Positions 25,019-32,000 of a DNA stretch of 32,000 nucleotides are shown here, in pieces. The DNA is from Alcanivorax sp. (GTDB taxonomy: Bacteria; Pseudomonadota; Gammaproteobacteria; Pseudomonadales; Alcanivoracaceae): NCBI GenBank assembly GCA_022565695.1, contig JAIUME010000007.1:46754-78753 (forward strand). Reading direction: 5' to 3'. Position 1 is the first letter of the stretch. Each line of letters opens with the position of its first letter. The position numbers were made by a program, and so were the translations under genes. The notes beneath the pieces were generated by a model. It did no database searches and was not told where the DNA came from. It saw only the letters and a program-made list of their open reading frames with translations.

Positions 25019-26323
25019 GTGATAATGCGCCTTGTATACTCCCTGCTGTGGTACCTGCTGTTGCCCGCCTTGTTGCTCAGGCTGTGGTGGCGCGGGCGGC
25101 GAGAGCCCGCCTATCGGGTGCGTTGGCGGGAGCGGCTGGCGCTGGGCCTGGCGCCGCGCGCATGTAAGGACAGCATTTGGGTGCACGCCGTATCCGTGGG
25201 CGAAACACTGGCCGCAGAAGCCCTGATCGAATCCCTGCTGCGGCAGTATCCCGGCCTGCCGGTGGTGCTGACGACCACCTCCTATGCGGCGTCCCGACAG
25301 GTGCAGCAGCGATTCGCTGATCGCGTGATCCATGTCTACTGCCCCTGGGATACCCCGGACGCGCTGCGTCGCTTCTTTGCCGCCTTCCAGCCCCGTCTGA
25401 TCCTGCTGATGGAAACCGAGCTGTGGCCGAACATGATTGCCCTTGCCGCGCTGCGCTCGGTGCCGGTGGTGCTGGTCAATGGGCGTTTGTCTGCCCGGAC
25501 TTTCGCCGGTTATCGGCGTGTCCCTGCGCTGACAGCGCCGATGCTGGCGGGGGTGTCCCGACTACTGGTGCAAAGCAGTGCGGATGCGCAGCGGTTTCGC
25601 ACGCTGGGGGCGCCGCCGACGGCGGTGGAGATCACCGGCAGTATCAAGTTTGATACCGATCTGACGGCGGTCAGGCCGATAGCAGTGCAACTGCGCACTG
25701 ACTGGTCCGGGCGTCCGGTGTGGATTGCTGCCAGTACTCACCGTGGTGAGGATGAACAGGTGCTGGCGGCGCATCATCGCATTCGCCAGGTCTGCCCCGA
25801 TGCCTTGCTGGTTCTGGTGCCGCGCCATCCGGAGCGATTTGCCCGGGTCGCGGCCCTGGTGACGGAGAGCGGGTTTCGGGTCGCGCGGCGCAGTCTGGAC
25901 GAAGCGGTCACGGCACAGACCGACGTCTACCTGGGCGATACCATGGGCGAGTTGCTGGCCCTGTTCGGGGCCTGTGACGTGGCGTTCGTGGGTGGGTCGC
26001 TGGTGCCTGCCGGAGGGCATAACCTGCTTGAGCCTGCGGCCTGGGGGCTGCCGGTGGTGACAGGCCCACGGCTGGAGAATTTCGAGCGTATTGCCGCGTT
26101 ACTGACCCAGGCTGAGGCACTCACCCGGGTCAGTGATGCCGGGAGTCTGGCGGAGGCCGTTACGGTGCTGTTGAGCGATGCAACGCTGCGACAGCGCCAG
26201 GGCGCTGCCGCAGCAGAGGTGGTTGCCGCCAACACCGGGGCCCTGGTGCGGACCCTGGCGGCGGTGTCCGATCAGTTGTTGCTGAGCGGGTTGTCCTCGC
26301 GGACGCGGTCCAGCTCCACCTGA
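25019..26323 (+). CDS. waaA: 3-deoxy-D-manno-octulosonic acid (Kdo) transferase, copy 2 (paralog)
   Basis: It carries the same GT30 signature blocks as copy 1: WVHAVSVGE, LLMETELWPN, VWIAASTHRGEDE, LVPRHPERF, VYLGDTMGEL and FVGGSLVPAGGHNLLEPAA. Start at GTG 25019 or ATG 25025. The 3' end overlaps the tolC 3' end. Confidence 0.9.
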   Translation: MIMRLVYSLLWYLLLPALLLRLWWRGRREPAYRVRWRERLALGLAPRACKDSIWVHAVSVGETLAAEALIESLLRQYPGLPVVLTTTSYAASRQVQQRFADRVIHVYCPWDTPDALRRFFAAFQPRLILLMETELWPNMIALAALRSVPVVLVNGRLSARTFAGYRRVPALTAPMLAGVSRLLVQSSADAQRFRTLGAPPTAVEITGSIKFDTDLTAVRPIAVQLRTDWSGRPVWIAASTHRGEDEQVLAAHHRIRQVCPDALLVLVPRHPERFARVAALVTESGFRVARRSLDEAVTAQTDVYLGDTMGELLALFGACDVAFVGGSLVPAGGHNLLEPAAWGLPVVTGPRLENFERIAALLTQAEALTRVSDAGSLAEAVTVLLSDATLRQRQGAAAAEVVAANTGALVRTLAAVSDQLLLSGLSSRTRSSST

Positions 26324-27657
26324 TTCAGGGGCGCCAGCCACTCGTTGATCTGCATCAGGTCCTGTTCTTCCAGTACCCCGGCCAGTGACTTCAGCCCGAG
26401 ACTGTCGATGATGTAGTCGTAACGCGCGTTGGCATAGTCGCGCCGCGCACTGAACAGCGTGCGTTGTGCGTTGAGGACATCGACGATGTTCCGTGTGCCG
26501 ACTTCATAGCCCGCCTCGGTGGCTTCCAGGGCTGATTCAGCAGAACGGATGGCCTGGGCGCGCGCGCTGATGCGCTGGGCATTGGCGCTGACCATGCGGT
26601 AGCGGGCGAGGGTCTGCTGGCCCACGTCGCGCCAGGTCTGTTGATACACGTCCTGGCTGGCCTCGTGGCGCAGCGCTGCCTGTTTGCGGCGGCTGTTGAG
26701 TCCACCGCCCTGGAACAGGGGCATATTGACCTCGATCCCGTAGGCATTGGTGTGGAACTTGTCCGGCAGGCCGCCACCGCCCTGGAAGTTGTCCCCGTCG
26801 ATGCGCTGATGCTGGGCGACAAAATCGACCGTGGGCATTTGTGCCGAGGTTTGCTGGCGTGCAAAGTGGCGCGCTGACTCGCTCTCATGCAGTGCCGCCA
26901 GCAGCGCCGGGTTCTGCTGACGCGCCAGTTCGACCCACTGCGTCGGTTCCGCGGGTTCCGGGCCGCTCAGCGGCAGCTCATCCCGCAGTGCGGCGAGGCT
27001 CTGCCAGCTGCGGCCGGTCAGTGCCTCCAGGCGATCCCGGGCAATGTCGAACTCGGATTCCAGTACGATCATCTCGACCTGGGTCAGGTCATAGACGGCT
27101 TCTGCCTCGTAGACATCGGTGATCGGCACCAGACCGACATCGAAACGCTCACGGGTCTGTTCCAGCTGGCGGGCGATGGCGCGCTCCTCGGCACGGATGG
27201 AGACCAGGTTTTCCCAGGCGCGCAACACACCAAAGTATTGCTCGGGTACGCGCAGGAGAAAGTCCTGACGTGCCTGCTGGAAGTTGGCAGCGCCCACCGA
27301 GGTAGCCGAATCAGACTGCTTGTACGCATACCAGGCGCCGGGCCGGAACAGCGGCTGGACCAGGCTCAGGGTAATGGTTTCGTTGGTGAAATCCTGGGAC
27401 GGCACATTGCTGTCGGGGAAGCGGCGTTCCGTTTCCAGCCAGCTGTACTGGGCGTTGACGCTGGGCAGCAGGCCAGCGCGGCCCTGTGCCACGTTCTGTT
27501 GCTCGGCTTCCCAGGTGCGCAGGGCGGCGCTCCACTGTGAGTCGGCTTGCCAGGCGGCTTCCAGCACGTCGGCCAGGGTGGCCGCGCGCGCGCTGCCGGC
27601 GCTGGTGACGAGTGTCAGCACCAGTGCTGCAACAAAAAGATGAAAAGCATTGCGCAT
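26272..27657 (-). CDS. tolC: TolC-family outer membrane efflux/export channel
   Basis: Signal peptide MRNAFHLFVAALVLTLVTSAGSARA, then LADVLEAAWQADSQ...LLPSVNAQY and a duplicated OEP repeat (NIVDVLNAQRTLFSARRDYANARYDYI). ATG 27657 has AGGAA 8 nt upstream. Confidence 0.9.
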   Translation of the reverse strand: MRNAFHLFVAALVLTLVTSAGSARAATLADVLEAAWQADSQWSAALRTWEAEQQNVAQGRAGLLPSVNAQYSWLETERRFPDSNVPSQDFTNETITLSLVQPLFRPGAWYAYKQSDSATSVGAANFQQARQDFLLRVPEQYFGVLRAWENLVSIRAEERAIARQLEQTRERFDVGLVPITDVYEAEAVYDLTQVEMIVLESEFDIARDRLEALTGRSWQSLAALRDELPLSGPEPAEPTQWVELARQQNPALLAALHESESARHFARQQTSAQMPTVDFVAQHQRIDGDNFQGGGGLPDKFHTNAYGIEVNMPLFQGGGLNSRRKQAALRHEASQDVYQQTWRDVGQQTLARYRMVSANAQRISARAQAIRSAESALEATEAGYEVGTRNIVDVLNAQRTLFSARRDYANARYDYIIDSLGLKSLAGVLEEQDLMQINEWLAPLNQVELDRVREDNPLSNN

Positions 27658-27799
27658 GATAGGTATTCCTGTTTTTGCGACGCGCCCAATACTAGCGGCT
27701 GACACGGATAAAGCCTATGAAATCCGGGCTGTAACTCGGCTGTTTGACCGACTCGCAGGTCATAATCTGTACACCTTTCACAGCCTAACAGCTGTTCGC

Positions 27800-30430
<2,631 letters not shown>

Positions 30431-30434
<4 letters not shown>

Positions 30435-30898
30435 CGGCCATGACACGGCGCCAGCGCTACCGCGTCGATCTGCGTGAGATGATGGTCCAGTGCGAGGCCA
30501 ATTATCTGCATCTGATGCGTTTGATGCGCATGCTCGGTGAGCGTGATGAGGTGCATCTGACCCTGCCGGCCGGTGAGCGGCCATCGCGGGGCATGGCTGT
30601 GCGGGTGCTCGAGCGTTGCCGTTACACAACCATGCTGGAGCTCGAGCAGGATACCCTGCACAGTCAAATGCCGCGCCCGGCGCTGACCGTACGCCTGTAT
30701 CACGATGCGCGCAGCGCAGAGGTGACTGCGGCACGGCCGTATCAGCGGGTGGCGGCGCGGCATGATTATCCCAACCCGTCGATGCATCAGCAGGACGAGA
30801 AGTTGCAATGGAACCGCTTTCTGGCCGAATGGCTGCGCCATCTCAACGAGCATGGCGGTACGCGTCCCGATCATTGGGGGGAGCGCATCGGCGCCTGA
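30431..30898 (+). CDS. yqiB: DUF1249 family protein (YqiB homolog)
   Basis: Colinear with remembered E. coli YqiB: CRYTTMLELEQ, LTVRLYHDA.SAEV, HDYPNPSMHQQDEKLQWNRFLAEWLRH. ATGA overlap with the nudF stop. Confidence 0.8.
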
Positions 30899-31013
30899 GC
30901 CGGCCTGGGGAGGCGGTATTGGCGGACTCATTGCCGGTGGATAAACAGGGTGTGCCCTGGTCGCTGGAAATGGATCAGACCTTTGGTTTATAAGAAGGCT
31001 GGATGAAAAGGGA

Positions 31014-31835
31014 GTGGGGACGTTGACGCAAGTGGGTGAGAGCAGGCCCCTGCGCGTGGTGCAGTTATCTGACTGCCACCTGTTTGCAGAGCCAACCGGC
31101 AAGCTGCTGGGCCTGAATACGCAGTACAGCCTGGACAAGGTGCTGGATCTGATCCGCGCCGAGCAGCCCCGTATCGATCTGTTGCTGGCGACCGGCGACC
31201 TGTCCCAGGATGCCTCGTACGCGTCTTATGAGCGCTTGCAGGCTGCTCTGGCACCGCTGGATGCGCCGACCTTCTGGCTCGAAGGCAACCACGACAAACC
31301 CGCACCGATGTTGTCCGCGCTGAAGGCGGACCGCTCCCATGTCAGCCCCTGCGTGACCCGCATGGGGGGCTGGACCTTCGTGATGCTGGATTCCACCATT
31401 CCTGGCGAGGTGCCCGGCGAACTCTACCAGGCCGATCTGGATTTCCTGGAGCGTGCGCTGACCGAGGCGGGCGATGACCCGGTCATGGTGTGCCTGCATC
31501 ACCACCCGGTGCCCATGGGCTGTGCCTGGCTGGATACCCAGGTGGTGGCCAGTGCCGAGCGCTTCTTTGCCGTGCTGGATCGCCACCCCGGCGTCCGGGC
31601 CGTGATCTGGGGCCATGTGCATCAGGAATATGCCGGTGAGCGTAACGGCGTCGTGCTGTATTCCGTGCCATCCACCTGTGTGCAGTTCAAGCCTGGCAGC
31701 GACGACTTTGCCGTGGATGACACGGCACCCGGTTACCGCTGGTTCGATCTCCATGCCGACGGACGCATTGATACCGGTGTCTCCCGGGTCGAGGGCGTGA
31801 CCTTCGAGGTCGACTTTTCCGTCAAGGGCTACTAG
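31014..31835 (+). CDS. cpdA: 3',5'-cyclic-nucleotide phosphodiesterase (Icc/CpdA, calcineurin-like metallophosphoesterase)
   Basis: QLSDCHL, ATGDLSQD, LEGNHD, CLHHHP and WGHVHQ are the class III PDE metal-binding motifs. The start is ambiguous: GTG 31014, TTG 31023 or GTG 31032. Confidence 0.9.
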   Translation: MGTLTQVGESRPLRVVQLSDCHLFAEPTGKLLGLNTQYSLDKVLDLIRAEQPRIDLLLATGDLSQDASYASYERLQAALAPLDAPTFWLEGNHDKPAPMLSALKADRSHVSPCVTRMGGWTFVMLDSTIPGEVPGELYQADLDFLERALTEAGDDPVMVCLHHHPVPMGCAWLDTQVVASAERFFAVLDRHPGVRAVIWGHVHQEYAGERNGVVLYSVPSTCVQFKPGSDDFAVDDTAPGYRWFDLHADGRIDTGVSRVEGVTFEVDFSVKGY

Positions 31836-31867
31836 CTGCCCGCGTCCTGTTCCCCTAGGATAGCGCG

Positions 31868-32000
31868 ATGACATTTGCCCAATCCCCCGCATCAGCTCCT
31901 GTATCAGCCCCGGTGCCGTCCGAGCACGTTTCGCTGGTGTACATCCATGGTTTCAACAGCTCGCCAGCGTCGCTCAAGGCGCGGCAGATGGTGGAGTGGT
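31868..32000 (+). CDS. yqiA: YqiA-like esterase (UPF0227 alpha/beta hydrolase), N-terminal fragment running off the window
   Basis: Hand translation from ATG 31868 gives MTFAQSPASAPVSAPVPSEHVSLVYIHGFNSSPASLKARQMVEW, where YIHGFNSSP.S.KA matches the YqiA N-terminus. Its position after cpdA matches the E. coli gene order. Confidence 0.7.
   Translation, partial: MTFAQSPASAPVSAPVPSEHVSLVYIHGFNSSPASLKARQMVEW

Overview
This is a GC-rich gammaproteobacterial chromosome segment, about 60-65% GC in hand-counted 60-nt lines, and it is almost entirely coding. I saw no rRNA, tRNA, CRISPR array, transposase or integrase.

- **Left edge (1-1300):** a lower-GC accessory stub. A truncated XRE-type HTH gene is translationally coupled (ATGA overlap) to an unrecognisable 203-aa gene. 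A G11 homopolymer and repeated TTGTCA-type motifs follow.
- **Housekeeping block (1.4-9.0 kb):** a Na/Pi-cotransporter/PhoU-type protein, an orphan GspE/PilB-family secretion ATPase, glnE and ilvE.
- **LPS core / lipid A locus (9.1-26.3 kb):**
  - A low-GC cassette holds GT8, rfbB, rfbA, a WecF-like GT56, a hexapeptide acetyltransferase and a WecE-like aminotransferase.
  - A GT2 and a lone opposite-strand TagF-like phosphotransferase follow it.
  - Next is a tightly packed operon, GT4-gmhA-hldE-GT9-gmhB-waaA.
  - The locus ends with convergent lpxL-kdkA and a second waaA paralog.
- **Right part:** tolC, thiC, and nudF-yqiB-cpdA-yqiA, which matches the E. coli tolC neighbourhood.

The observations most worth follow-up:
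1. An enterobacterial-common-antigen-style dTDP-4-amino-6-deoxyhexose module sits inside an LPS-core locus, with a swapped acetyltransferase type.
2. Two WaaA paralogs bracket a Kdo kinase.
3. A TagF-family enzyme lies among the core genes.
4. The secretion ATPase has no partner genes nearby.
5. The unknown/XRE gene pair lies at the window edge.

All functional calls come from my own recognition of protein motifs. No database search was run.
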